From IMG/VR virus record IMGVR_UViG_3300037478_000646, positions 18,906 to 82,905 of that record: a stretch of 64,000 bases of DNA; one strand, given 5' to 3'. The notes below the pieces were generated by a model. The model saw nothing but the letters and a program-made list of their open reading frames with translations, ran no database searches and had not been told where the DNA came from. Below are positions 28,301-35,620 of this stretch, piece by piece. Origin of the DNA: a virus. Its lineage: Duplodnaviria; Caudoviricetes. Each line of letters opens with the position of its first letter. Position 1 is the first letter of the stretch. The position numbers and the translations under genes are program-made.

Positions 28301-31300
28301 CGGATCGTCCTGAAGCATTTTCAGGCGATACTGGTTGCTGTCGAGCGCGAACCGCCATTCGCCGTCAAAGCCGCGGAACCAGCCGGTCTGCTCCCATACA
28401 TTGACGGGATCAGCTCCCTGCTCGATCATGGCCTGCGCCTGATCAAGCGCGGTCGTATCGGCGATTGCCGCCTGCTTGCCGGCGAAGTTGAAAACGATAT
28501 TCGGATCGTTCGGATCGAAGGTGCCGCGGTTGCCGATGGCGGATTTGATCTGGGTGGGCTTGAACGCTCCATAAGTTACTTCTCCACCCTCGATCATTTT
28601 GATGCCGTCAAAATCGAGAATGGAAAAGATCTCATCGATTGCGGCCGTACCGTCCTGCCCGAAACGCATTTCGGGCTCGTACCAGAAATCATGACGGCCA
28701 TAATGCGGTCCGCTTTCTTCACGGCGGCGCGCTTTATGGATAATATCGACCAGATCATTGATGCGCGCCATTTCGGCTTCAGGCATCACGCGGCCTTGCC
28801 CGGCTGCCTGCTCGACCATGGCGTCAACCATTTGCCTGACCGTCACCGTACGCGGCAATCCCATGTCGGCATCAAATGGGCGTTCGATCTTCATGTAAAG
28901 AGGGAGAATATTACCGCCGCCGTCCCTGTCATAATTGCGCATGGCGGCATAGTCGGCAGGCAGTTCGATCCCGGTGCTAGCCCATGTAATGCCCTGAAAA
29001 ATCCTGATGTCTTCAGCCGTCCCATGATAGACGATCAGCGGCCGCCCATTCTCGTCAACCACCACGGAATCCCCGAACCAGCGCTTGAACGCTTCGGACT
29101 GCGTGATCGGCGTCACACCTTCGGCATTCAGCAGGATGTTCGGCGCGATCTGCGTCAGCGTAATCCGGTCCTGTATCTGCACCTGCACGCGCTTGCCGGC
29201 CTGTCCCAGAACCTGGGATGTCGCGCGCTGTATGGCATCGTCAAGCTCGTTGACGATCGTTTCGTCCGTCAGCGGCTCCTGCTCCTGCATGAAGGCTGAT
29301 GACCGCCCGGCTGACGCCCGTGCGCGCGCCCAGCCGTCGTACAGGCTGCTGAACCTCTGCTGCACTGCCTGTGCGGCCCTGGCTCGCGAACGACGATCCG
29401 CGGAGGGCAGGCCGCCCATGAAGTCCACCGCTACATTGATCGCTTCGCGAGCGGGCAGGCGCTGCAATTCGGCGACGATCTCACGGCTTTCCGCCAGCCA
29501 TGCATTCATATCGCCATTACGATCGCCGCGATGGAACAGCGCATTCAGATTGTCGGCAATGATCTCGGCTTCCGGCGACAGGCTTTCCACCGGCTCGACA
29601 ATTGTCTGCGGGGCGGGTGCGGCGGCTTGCTGCTGCGCGGCAACGATCTTGCTGGCGATCTGGTGCTTGTTGTCCCGCGACTTGACCTGCACGCCGCGCT
29701 CGCGCGCCAGATTGGCCAGGTCCGGCTTCTTCATGCGCATCAGCGAGCTGACGGTTTCCGTCTGTGCGGCTGGCGCTGCGGCAGCAGTCGGTGCGGCTGT
29801 ACTGGCTTGCGACGCTGGCGCGGCAGTTGGCTGACTGACCGGCAGACGCCCACCGCGCAGCATGGCTTTGGCCTGTGCGATCTGCTCCGGCGATGCTTGT
29901 CCGAATTCTGTTGGCGCGATATAATCATCGCCATACCGGCTTTGCTCGAAAATCGACCTGGTCGAACCGTCCGGCTTGAAGCGCTCTTTGAAATCGTTGA
30001 GAATATTTTCCTTCGTACCGGCTGTCGAAATGCCGGTCTGGCGCGCGACTTCCTTCAATTCTGTCATGTTCAGCGCCGGCAGCGCATCATAGGCAACGGG
30101 AAGCGTATTGCGGATCTGTGATGTCTGACGCGCCGGCCGGGCCGCTGCTTCACGCTTCTGCCGTTTCGGCATCGCCGCCAGCAGCTCATCCAGTCCGCCG
30201 ATCAGATCCGGCGCCTGTTCGCTGACGATCTCGCGGAGCCGCGCTGTCTGTTCGTCGGTCAGGCCGCGTTTGGCCATCATGGATGCGACCTCGGCGATAT
30301 TGTCGCCGCGCAGCGTCATTTCCTCGATGACGTCAAGCGTATCTTCGCCGGTCCGCACGCGTTCGATGATCTCGGCGCGATGATCGCGCGGCATGCGCAG
30401 ATACAGATCGCGAAATCCCGTATCGCCATATTCCTGATCGGCCGCTTCGATGTCCGGCAGCACCATGATCTGCTCATCATGCGCCAGATTGGTTTCGTAA
30501 ACGCGCTGATCCTCGGCTTCAAACGCAGCCGTGTCCTGTTCCTGCTGGTCCGCTGGCACGATCCGTTCGCCGGAGATCGCGCGCTGCACCAGATCGAAGA
30601 CGTCTTCAGGCGTCGTCACAGCAGGCTGGTCCGGCCCGCTCTCTTCCAGATAGCCGGCTTCAACCAGCTGCTCGCGCATCTGATCGGCGCTCAGTCCTTT
30701 CTGATTGATCAGCCCCGGATAGCGATCGGCGTCCAGCCCGGCCAGTTCGCCGGATGGTTTCAAGCCGCCTTTGGATCGAACGAATTGGAGAACGTCCGCG
30801 CCGCGCTGCTTCCGGCTTTCGGCGTAGGTCGGAGCCTGCACGATCTCTTCCGGCGCGGCGGCTTGCTGATCCGCGCCCAGCCGCTCTTCCATGGCCGTCG
30901 TGCGGATTGGCTGCATCCGGAAGAACTCGGCGAATGGATCGAGATCTTCCTTGGTTTCCTGCACGACCTGATCGCGCGTGCGCGGGCGGGTAAACTCCTG
31001 GCTGACGCCGCCGACCGTGCCGAACCCCGTGCCGCCGACCATGCCGGCCATGGCGGCTTCGCCGATCCGCTCGCGCTGCGCGACAATGCCGTCCTTGGCG
31101 TTGCGCATGATCTCGACGAAAGACTGCTCGCCCTGCGCCGCCGACGTGCTGGCGATAATGATCGTTTCTTGCAACGCTTCCGTAATGCCCTCACGGGTTG
31201 CGCCCTTGGCCATCTCGGCCCCGACGCGGCGGATCATGTATTTCGCCATCTCGCGCTTGGCGTTGCCGGTCAGCTTCTGCATGATCGAGACGGGGACCAG

Positions 31301-32383
31301 CGCATCGAGCGCGCCGACCATCGAACCTGCGATGTAGGAATATTTTTCCAGCATCTTCGGATCGGTGACGCCGACGGCTTCCAGCTCGTTGCGCACCTCG
31401 CCGATGCCCATGCTCATCGCGGCGAGCCCCGCGCCGGGAATGCCGCCGATCGCGCCGCCGGCAATGATGCCCGTCGTCGATCCGCCCGCCTCGCCAAGCT
31501 TGGCCCAGAAATAGTCCATGAAGTCGTTGAAGGATTCAACGTCGCCGAACTGGTTGACCCGCGGCGGCGCGACCTTGGCGCGTTCCAGCTCGGACAGGTA
31601 CTGGACGAATTCACCGATCCGGCCCAGCGTTTCGGATTCGCTGGTCTCGCCATACTGGCGCAGCGCGCCGCCAAGCATCGACGTCGCGCCCAGCGTGCCC
31701 TGTGTGAAGCCCTTCGAGATCTCGGTCAGCCCCTTGCTGCGCTCGGCGATCTGCTCCTTGTTCTGCGTCTTCTCGGCTTCGATGAACGCGCCCAGCTCCT
31801 GCGAATAGCCGTTCTGCACCTTCTGGCCGCGGGCATAGAGTTCACGGATCGTGTCATCTTCGCTGACGACGGTGATCGCGTCACGGCTGTCCTCATCGGA
31901 TTTCTGCTGTGCATCGCGCTGCTTCAGGCGCTCGAATAGCCCCTGAAACATCATGTCGCCGGTCAGGTCGTCGACAAGCGTTTTTGTGCGCGGCGCGGAA
32001 CCCGAGCCGGCCGGCGCGGTTTCTGCATGCTGGTCGTACTGGTCGAAATAGTTCACGCCCTGCGATTCAAGCAGGTTTTCAGGCTGCTGCGGCGTGCGCG
32101 CGCTGATATCTTCTGGATAGGGCGTAAAGCTGCCGTCGCCCTGCGGATCGAGCGCCCATGGATAGTTCGGATCTTTCACGTCGCCGTCGCGGAACCGCAG
32201 TTCGCCTGTCTGCATCTGCTTGCGATAGTCCAGATCGTCCGGATTTTCCGTCGGTCCCCAGTTCTCGAAGTTCTTGCGCAAATTTCGGCTCTTGTCGATC
32301 GGAGGCTGGATAATGCGACGGCGCTGTTCTTCCGGCGTCAGCTCGGGATCGTCTTCGATTTTCAGATTGGGGAATGTTGGCAT
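19325..32383 (-). CDS. Giant polyvalent internal virion/ejection protein (4352 aa)
   Basis: SAP/Rho-N-like repeats; ART-like domains (FKRWFGDS..PLIVYHGT; GFHGSPHDF..GHGLYFAE); LPD23-like WEQTGWFRG; zincin motifs HEIQH, HESLH, HEGGH; GNAT-like segment; LPD38-like C-terminus; last of three ejection genes. Confidence 0.9.
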   Translation of the reverse strand: MPTFPNLKIEDDPELTPEEQRRRIIQPPIDKSRNLRKNFENWGPTENPDDLDYRKQMQTGELRFRDGDVKDPNYPWALDPQGDGSFTPYPEDISARTPQQPENLLESQGVNYFDQYDQHAETAPAGSGSAPRTKTLVDDLTGDMMFQGLFERLKQRDAQQKSDEDSRDAITVVSEDDTIRELYARGQKVQNGYSQELGAFIEAEKTQNKEQIAERSKGLTEISKGFTQGTLGATSMLGGALRQYGETSESETLGRIGEFVQYLSELERAKVAPPRVNQFGDVESFNDFMDYFWAKLGEAGGSTTGIIAGGAIGGIPGAGLAAMSMGIGEVRNELEAVGVTDPKMLEKYSYIAGSMVGALDALVPVSIMQKLTGNAKREMAKYMIRRVGAEMAKGATREGITEALQETIIIASTSAAQGEQSFVEIMRNAKDGIVAQRERIGEAAMAGMVGGTGFGTVGGVSQEFTRPRTRDQVVQETKEDLDPFAEFFRMQPIRTTAMEERLGADQQAAAPEEIVQAPTYAESRKQRGADVLQFVRSKGGLKPSGELAGLDADRYPGLINQKGLSADQMREQLVEAGYLEESGPDQPAVTTPEDVFDLVQRAISGERIVPADQQEQDTAAFEAEDQRVYETNLAHDEQIMVLPDIEAADQEYGDTGFRDLYLRMPRDHRAEIIERVRTGEDTLDVIEEMTLRGDNIAEVASMMAKRGLTDEQTARLREIVSEQAPDLIGGLDELLAAMPKRQKREAAARPARQTSQIRNTLPVAYDALPALNMTELKEVARQTGISTAGTKENILNDFKERFKPDGSTRSIFEQSRYGDDYIAPTEFGQASPEQIAQAKAMLRGGRLPVSQPTAAPASQASTAAPTAAAAPAAQTETVSSLMRMKKPDLANLARERGVQVKSRDNKHQIASKIVAAQQQAAAPAPQTIVEPVESLSPEAEIIADNLNALFHRGDRNGDMNAWLAESREIVAELQRLPAREAINVAVDFMGGLPSADRRSRARAAQAVQQRFSSLYDGWARARASAGRSSAFMQEQEPLTDETIVNELDDAIQRATSQVLGQAGKRVQVQIQDRITLTQIAPNILLNAEGVTPITQSEAFKRWFGDSVVVDENGRPLIVYHGTAEDIRIFQGITWASTGIELPADYAAMRNYDRDGGGNILPLYMKIERPFDADMGLPRTVTVRQMVDAMVEQAAGQGRVMPEAEMARINDLVDIIHKARRREESGPHYGRHDFWYEPEMRFGQDGTAAIDEIFSILDFDGIKMIEGGEVTYGAFKPTQIKSAIGNRGTFDPNDPNIVFNFAGKQAAIADTTALDQAQAMIEQGADPVNVWEQTGWFRGFDGEWRFALDSNQYRLKMLQDDPGSETEFGFLFHRFMMEGRGDPERRVAAMEEFFAEGGRTNLSEAELQRMKGLLRNRKNGLRYRTVRAVFGEGTESYYSFNGTLGELLRAPQLFAAYPFMENLPVSIQQAEFGGPSGSASRMGIKVNATDDINALFDTLVHEIQHFIQDYEGFAPGGNEAIYTVRLEAALFEINHQIANARPGSNIVGELEKIRDALTEQKNFIDKGISGFAVTNTERDAYERIAGEAEARLAEKWRTLSPEARRQSYPPEMEDIDRSQQWDPRQVVGLRPKHLDVIRSAVRAGMKDWPDMTVQTLGSMPVTRYLGVSISDIPGHRSNVHVSLEYTETDIIKKIQEYGAEALRSALVPKVMEFREAAEAHLDLRRRAPDSPRNLEGQARGYVRMADATETVIKLLDGIIEQHPEVAAKPGYDAVRLDPEKLIDAYDGKTYTMDDVLRLIERMQGLILRLGEDGKIEADTADWIASDMESHGVAYLQNDVRPFDEQTFQAIRNADPALYEETVLAESYVRYKSIQDAIFGGLGINGEQLSLTPQGLADWQTQLTDFLKSGRRNAWINGEGFRVYVRRAVHPSPHSNVMLNTLDIASVEVEQTGRGAFRRMLEASRDIAIADGLEALYVENVQTERFADFFRRNKWIELPDTGGGPSFMETLSPRRRGFFSVPTMLSIRGFHGSPHDFDRFSMDRIGTGEGAQAFGHGLYFAENEMVAGTYRDNLSAQTMTINGYPFQPRNHAITQIVGRNLSDLKAARQGLAQYAEQGADNPYSDINDAYRIIDAIDDGIFDVGTQGALYEVEIDVEPEQLLDWDLPLSKQSEKVKAALQKAASSQRLDHALATDAETLGDLALRPAFRKEGYGGLDTPSRRIMVKAMRSVLNEPEIRQSVVGLIPVDVVDILAGKKLAPEGSLHDESVFLDLFAVDGSDSVPLRIERSASAIVAIADAAAEHASVQSNIERVSEKLSAALRASEFDHVGELLGHLDNREDVSKLLKSQGISGIRYLDQGSRDTGDGTRNIVIFDDSLVKITKKNGEPVSAEERQGAINQMLSLRGFYSPAIRAAEQLKQERGTGEQFWSMISKAPGVRKDELDWMGLREWLTEPTYEDRVIVAAKTYLADESLSTVAQVEQDYDFADENDYVTVAIEAGFASDQIQLDRFTKNEVLAFMRAHQVVLDEKVLGGEASAQPPAMRELSDISGIESNLPDGISIPTGRAWEASFPEDTYHIVEGVTPDGLGDDFTFFDVYDGDWNLVNSAQSLSQAEHFAAGAYAKRSGADEMSTKFSGYKVPGGTNYREFKILLPGWEYSEPHFGGPVLVHFRADDRIGPNGERIFFINEIQATGHQRGRREGYAKSGQNVVEIATKIYDQSDEGAKLPTDIAARIRDHIETNASDADVIAARPALEAAATTLERGMSRTMVRDNLIQTRLLPMPDAPFKGDLWLELALKRALLYASENGYDAVSWARSDQIAKAVGGDAEALSVQYDQKIGSFLKKYTKKWGGRVEEVRLMERSQDQVRPATPSQELLDRWNTLLAEMEPLQELELRPMARREAGFDDAMTRLEGLRNEQDRLHAEMVAEAQREKHAGAFEVNSFLRITDAMRTSLLEGQPLTIRRDPNERQPIIEGYFDREKLLMVIARNALDPIGTAYHESLHALRTMGLFTPGEWNVLKAAARTQGWLDVPEIRDYQRVYGKPATDENIIEEAIAMAFQRYMRGEQQQPGTIVERLFERIRLFYERIRNALMQRGWAAAEDVFADLASGRIGDRDGPFGALVEEIENVTKPMLETAGRMADSPARVAQPGLDRPGQSLATMVRRFNLGLGLTVRQGRLSSALKRQAAAAGRRLGGHYNTVSGVIRLRVLNELDTLAHEGGHALEGRHKGALDAIKQQHAAELTPLASPGPDALSEGFAEWFRRYVTNPAASTRTALRFEQAFEAFLRQNDPRTMKTLTEIRTGYQQWLAAPSAGVIVSNIVSRAGGQMAKFRRIIEDNQVWNTIDAFVERLYTWTIDDLHPIKQTVEGLLAVARKNLNLPNDARLTIKAVNDPYKLMRLARDGYASGHMDLQHGVRPYHELDPAGPSFHEALVTAFGGESRSQWQSEAKDRFDSYLASRRFVREWDRYFNGELDALPDKVKKSEHLQNIAELERAYPGFQQAAQMLYEFQNNMLAKKLAAGLISQEIYDTLLGRPDYVPVLRDRADLGQVHSGVPARPDKQGILRRFRGSQRDVISPLESIVQDTYDTSMIIARNDAIKALDALATAAGPDGGSFAERIPSHEMQGTRVNVQEALQLAAKEAGVDPADLQIMVQAVDGLIGEDAITTIWRAGEVSEKGEAIVYLWEDGKRVPIRLADQQFGKDMLNAILALGQEITPWYVSMLALPATILRTAITASPDFIFANFIRDQVSAWILADEFTPFVSGIRGIYDDKTASDIGRIYSSVGGIMGGANTATLHNARIKQEVLDLRKRRGIYFRDAPVTNILRITEFTETGTRLGVFRKAYDRAQRDGLSKHEAAIEAAYAARDYIDFGRHGSKMLAMRRIIPFFNAALQGLDRGIRGLRGKVNNDRIIRDAISPYIKSRRGQPLSIAERRQLPLAAKVWAKVAAVGLIGAAIWVLHQDDEEYEEFSSYMRATHWIFKVDGEWYRIPKPFELAFFSNLMERTLEYTLKDDPLAMERFVDGLQHIVLPPTDVPGIKVPIELAFNYDSFTERQIVADHLRALPPHLQFNAYASEFGKMLGRQINVSPAHIDHFITGFGASYGRAFLQGTDALTGNYIDPGTATKDVFDAIIGRRFSLEAPRGAQSVGHFWELIGRNTGKFATAANGYKYYINKARDPLAASEYLKSLDDDQKAYAILHATQTGRRNAKYRDLHPLIRAEEVVSIANELRKTLNLNRLEDEDDERITVRPRERRTAMEILANIQMREARNALIAAQVEGWAQKKPLETQPVLDELEAAVPVIHEMFMERMRKAKLPSYEDVRRDWPEIKRRLLEDGENAELSDLYVPELL
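25385..25855 (+). CDS. HNH homing endonuclease nested antisense within the giant ORF
   Basis: CPQCG..F...FCSGICY zinc finger; GYRV...[35 protein letters not shown] HNH core; C-terminal HTH [16 protein letters not shown]. Confidence 0.85.
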   Translation: [156 protein letters not shown]

Positions 32384-32388
32384 ATGGG

Positions 32389-34743
32389 TCAGTTTCCTGT
32401 CAGAAATTCTGCGGCAGGCAGGCCATATTTGGCCTCGAATTCACGGGCGAGAGATGGATTGTTTCGCAACGCCATGATGGCTTCGGGCGGGGGCATGACC
32501 GTGGCTGGAGCCATGCCGTAATTGGCGAATGGATCGAGTGCGGCCGATGGGGATGGCGGGGCATTTGTCAAGCCAAGCTGCGTGAACGGATCGGCGAACG
32601 GCATCATGCTTCGCTGCACAAGCAGCGCCGACGTCGCTTCTTCCGCCGCGCGCACGTCGACCGGGCTGAGCGTGCGGCCGCTCAGCGTTTTCCGGATGAT
32701 GCCGGATGTCACTTCGGAGATGTCCCGATCCTTGATCGCGAGATCGACGATCGAGACCGCAACGGAGCGGGCATAGGGACCGAAATCGCGATCAACGTCT
32801 GTCAGCATCTGCCGGACCGCTTCCGTCAGCTCCGTGCCGCGGTCGAGTCCCTTGAGCGGCGCGGCCCGCACGCGCGCCTCATCCTTGGTAATCGGCGTGC
32901 GTAGGCCCTTGGGGATGTCGATTGCGGCCTGAGCGTCCAATCTGGCGCGGGCAAGTCGCTGCCAGCTTTCCGGGCTGGCGTTGTCTTCCTCGATGCCTTG
33001 CAGCGCAACCTGCACGTCGGGCAGATCGGCGACGGCCGCGGCCGGATCTTCATCGCGCAGCTTGCGCAGCTCCCTGACGTGCTTGTTCAGCTTGTCGTAG
33101 ATCTTGACGCGCTCGGCATAGAGGTCTTCGCTCGGGTCCGGCTCGTTGGCAGCAATGCGCTCTGTCAGCCCGGTATCGGGCAGCGCCTCGATGCCGTTCA
33201 TCGCGTTGAACTCGACATGAGCCACACGGCGCTTGAGCAGGTGATCGTTGATCTGGTTCGGGGTCAGCACGCGCGCGGCGGTTTCCAGATCGGGATTGCC
33301 GCTCTGGCCGGTCAGCCGGATACGCTCGACATCGCCGTCGAGATCGGACTTGATCTCGGACCGCGCGGCCTGCAGATAAGAATTCCGGCTGCGCTCGGCC
33401 GCGACCTTCAGCTCTTCCCGCAGGGATGGCGGCAGTTCGGCATAGCGCCCGCCCGTTCGTGCGGAGAACCGGCCGAGCTTGTCTTCCCAGACATCCATGA
33501 ATTCGGCGCTGGTGACGTTCTCGACAATGCCGAATCGATCTTTGACGTCATCGGGAATGTTGTTCCGGATCGCCGCCTTGGCATAGGCTTCGCCGTCGGC
33601 ATAGCCGCGCTTGCGCGCCGCGGCATCAGTGTAATATTGCCGGATGTTTTCCCAGGCCACCTTGCCGGGATTGGCGATATGCGCGGCATAGCCGGCCTCG
33701 CCCTGCTGATGGATCAGGTAAAGATCGCGCAGCGTCGGCGCCTGGCCGTATTTCTGTTCGTATTCGGCCGCCTCGGCGCTCAGCTTGCGCGCGGCCGCCA
33801 TGGCATTGTCGACCGGATCGAAGATATCACCGCCCTTCGGGCCATACTTCTTGAATTCCTCTTCCGACAGCTGATACAGCCCGTGATACGAGCCCTTGCC
33901 CTTTGCCGATGTCAGCTTCGGATCGCCGGAGCTCTCAACGCGCGCAAAGACCTGCATCCATGTCGCGTTGATGCCGGTCTCGGCGACGGCCGCATCGATT
34001 GCGCCCTGCACGTCTTCGGGAAAGGCCATGTCGAACCCGGCGCCTGGCTTTTCGATTTCCTTCAGATAGCCGTCCGGATCGATTTTCGCCCGCGTGCGCG
34101 CCTCGCCCTCGATAGCGCCTTGCCGGTAGCGTTCGCGCAGCGCGCGCGCGGCGTTCGGCGCGACGATGCCAGAGCGCTCGCCAAGCGTGATGATATTGTC
34201 AATGGACTGCAGCGCCCGGTCGCGCTCGTCCTGCGTGGCGTCCGGATCCTCGTAAAAATCCTTGTAGCGATCGAGCTTGTCCTGCAGCTCGGTGACAGCC
34301 ACGCTCTTGCGATGCCTGTCGCTCCGCTCGATCACCTGCGAGCGCGCCGAATCGGACTGGTTAAGCGCCTTCAGTCGCCACAGCTCACGCTTTTTCGGAT
34401 CGCTGATGCCGGATGCCGTGCTATCTGTCAGCGCGCCGGCATCGCCGCCGAAACGATCGCCATGCGTGGCATAGTCAGGATCATTATCATATTTGCGGTT
34501 GAGGCTGCGCAGTCCGGTATCGAGATCCAGCTCGGCCTTGGCCAGCTCCAGCGCATCGCGCTCCCTTTTCTCCTGCTCTTCACGTGCCGCGAGAACGTCG
34601 CCCGTGCCGATGATGGCTCCGGCCAAATTCTGAACGCCCTTGAAGCGCGCACTGGCGTCGACATCTCCGGCAGACAGGCGTGGACGCCCCGAGCGCAGGC
34701 TGGCGGGAGAACTCAGATTGTCACGTGTAGGAAATTTTGGCAT
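32389..34743 (-). CDS. Internal virion protein with a lytic transglycosylase domain
   Basis: FARVESSG...GLYQL...FDPVDNAMAAARKL...YLIHQQG. Confidence 0.8.
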   Translation of the reverse strand: MPKFPTRDNLSSPASLRSGRPRLSAGDVDASARFKGVQNLAGAIIGTGDVLAAREEQEKRERDALELAKAELDLDTGLRSLNRKYDNDPDYATHGDRFGGDAGALTDSTASGISDPKKRELWRLKALNQSDSARSQVIERSDRHRKSVAVTELQDKLDRYKDFYEDPDATQDERDRALQSIDNIITLGERSGIVAPNAARALRERYRQGAIEGEARTRAKIDPDGYLKEIEKPGAGFDMAFPEDVQGAIDAAVAETGINATWMQVFARVESSGDPKLTSAKGKGSYHGLYQLSEEEFKKYGPKGGDIFDPVDNAMAAARKLSAEAAEYEQKYGQAPTLRDLYLIHQQGEAGYAAHIANPGKVAWENIRQYYTDAAARKRGYADGEAYAKAAIRNNIPDDVKDRFGIVENVTSAEFMDVWEDKLGRFSARTGGRYAELPPSLREELKVAAERSRNSYLQAARSEIKSDLDGDVERIRLTGQSGNPDLETAARVLTPNQINDHLLKRRVAHVEFNAMNGIEALPDTGLTERIAANEPDPSEDLYAERVKIYDKLNKHVRELRKLRDEDPAAAVADLPDVQVALQGIEEDNASPESWQRLARARLDAQAAIDIPKGLRTPITKDEARVRAAPLKGLDRGTELTEAVRQMLTDVDRDFGPYARSVAVSIVDLAIKDRDISEVTSGIIRKTLSGRTLSPVDVRAAEEATSALLVQRSMMPFADPFTQLGLTNAPPSPSAALDPFANYGMAPATVMPPPEAIMALRNNPSLAREFEAKYGLPAAEFLTGN

Positions 34744-35201
34744 TAACCGTATCCATACGCCTTATTGAACCCGCTCACGCCTGTAGCGATCGCGTCGAAG
34801 ATGGAACCAGATTTGGCCTGTTTGCCGCGGAACCGTGACGCCGCCGCCTTGTCGTCGTAGCCTGCCTTGCGACTCTTGCCGCCATACAGCGAAGTCTGGG
34901 CCAGGTACTCGCCGCGCTCGGCCGTATCTTCAAGGATGTCGACGACCGTCGGATTGGTCACGCCCGCGCCGGACCCGGCTGCAATAGCAATTGCGCGCGA
35001 TTGCGCCAACTGCGATTCGCGGCGCTTCTCCTGTGCCTCGCGCTGGGATGCGGCAAGCTCTTCCTTGCCCTGCGCTTCCTCGTTCCGCGCCTGCATGTTG
35101 AGCGCGGCCTCTTCATACCGGCCCTGCTGGATTCGGCTGATGACGCTGAGACCGGTTCCGGCTATTGCCAAGATAGGTACTATTCCTGCCATCTCTTCCA
35201 C
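34743..35201 (-). CDS. Small internal virion (ejection) protein
   Basis: Gly/Ala-rich N-terminus, Gln/Ala helical body; T7 gp14-like position. Confidence 0.7.
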   Translation of the reverse strand: MEEMAGIVPILAIAGTGLSVISRIQQGRYEEAALNMQARNEEAQGKEELAASQREAQEKRRESQLAQSRAIAIAAGSGAGVTNPTVVDILEDTAERGEYLAQTSLYGGKSRKAGYDDKAAASRFRGKQAKSGSIFDAIATGVSGFNKAYGYG

Positions 35202-35620
35202 ACCCTCAATTTCGTGCCAGTCCTGTAGGGATTTGCCGCCAGCTCATCTGTCGGCTCGAATTTCAGAATACGCATGATGCGCGCGGCTTCCGGGAACCGG
35301 TCATCGTGATGCGCATAGAGGTCACCGTCGAACGTGCGCAGATAGGCATCGATCGCCTTGATGATCCGTGCACCGAACACGCGCGCTTCCGGCTTGACGT
35401 CGAAAAACGCCAGCCAGCGGCCGATCTCCGCATCGAAGATCGATCCGAATGTCGAGGGATCCCGCCAGACGCCGGCGATCGCAACAACCCGGCCATCCGC
35501 CTCGCCATAAAAGGCATCACGGATTTCGCGGCGCCAATAGCTCCGCTCGCCATAGAACTGTCCGAAGATTTCCTTGTCGGCCGGCCCTATGTGCAGCCGC
35601 AGATCATTGCGGATTAGCAT
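35180..35620 (-). CDS. GNAT-like virion-associated protein (T7 gp13-like position)
   Basis: ADGRVVAIAGV...AARIMRILKFE; between nozzle and ejection genes. Confidence 0.55.
   Translation of the reverse strand: MLIRNDLRLHIGPADKEIFGQFYGERSYWRREIRDAFYGEADGRVVAIAGVWRDPSTFGSIFDAEIGRWLAFFDVKPEARVFGARIIKAIDAYLRTFDGDLYAHHDDRFPEAARIMRILKFEPTDELAANPYRTGTKLRVWKRWQE

Noticed and set aside
27227-34746. Long + strand ORFs (27227-29299, 30380-31939, 32998-34746) and similar ones at 18032-19255, 47555-49054, 61553-62794
   Set aside because: Codon-aligned antisense shadows of GC-rich genes with no recognisable motifs, unlike the HNH at 25385
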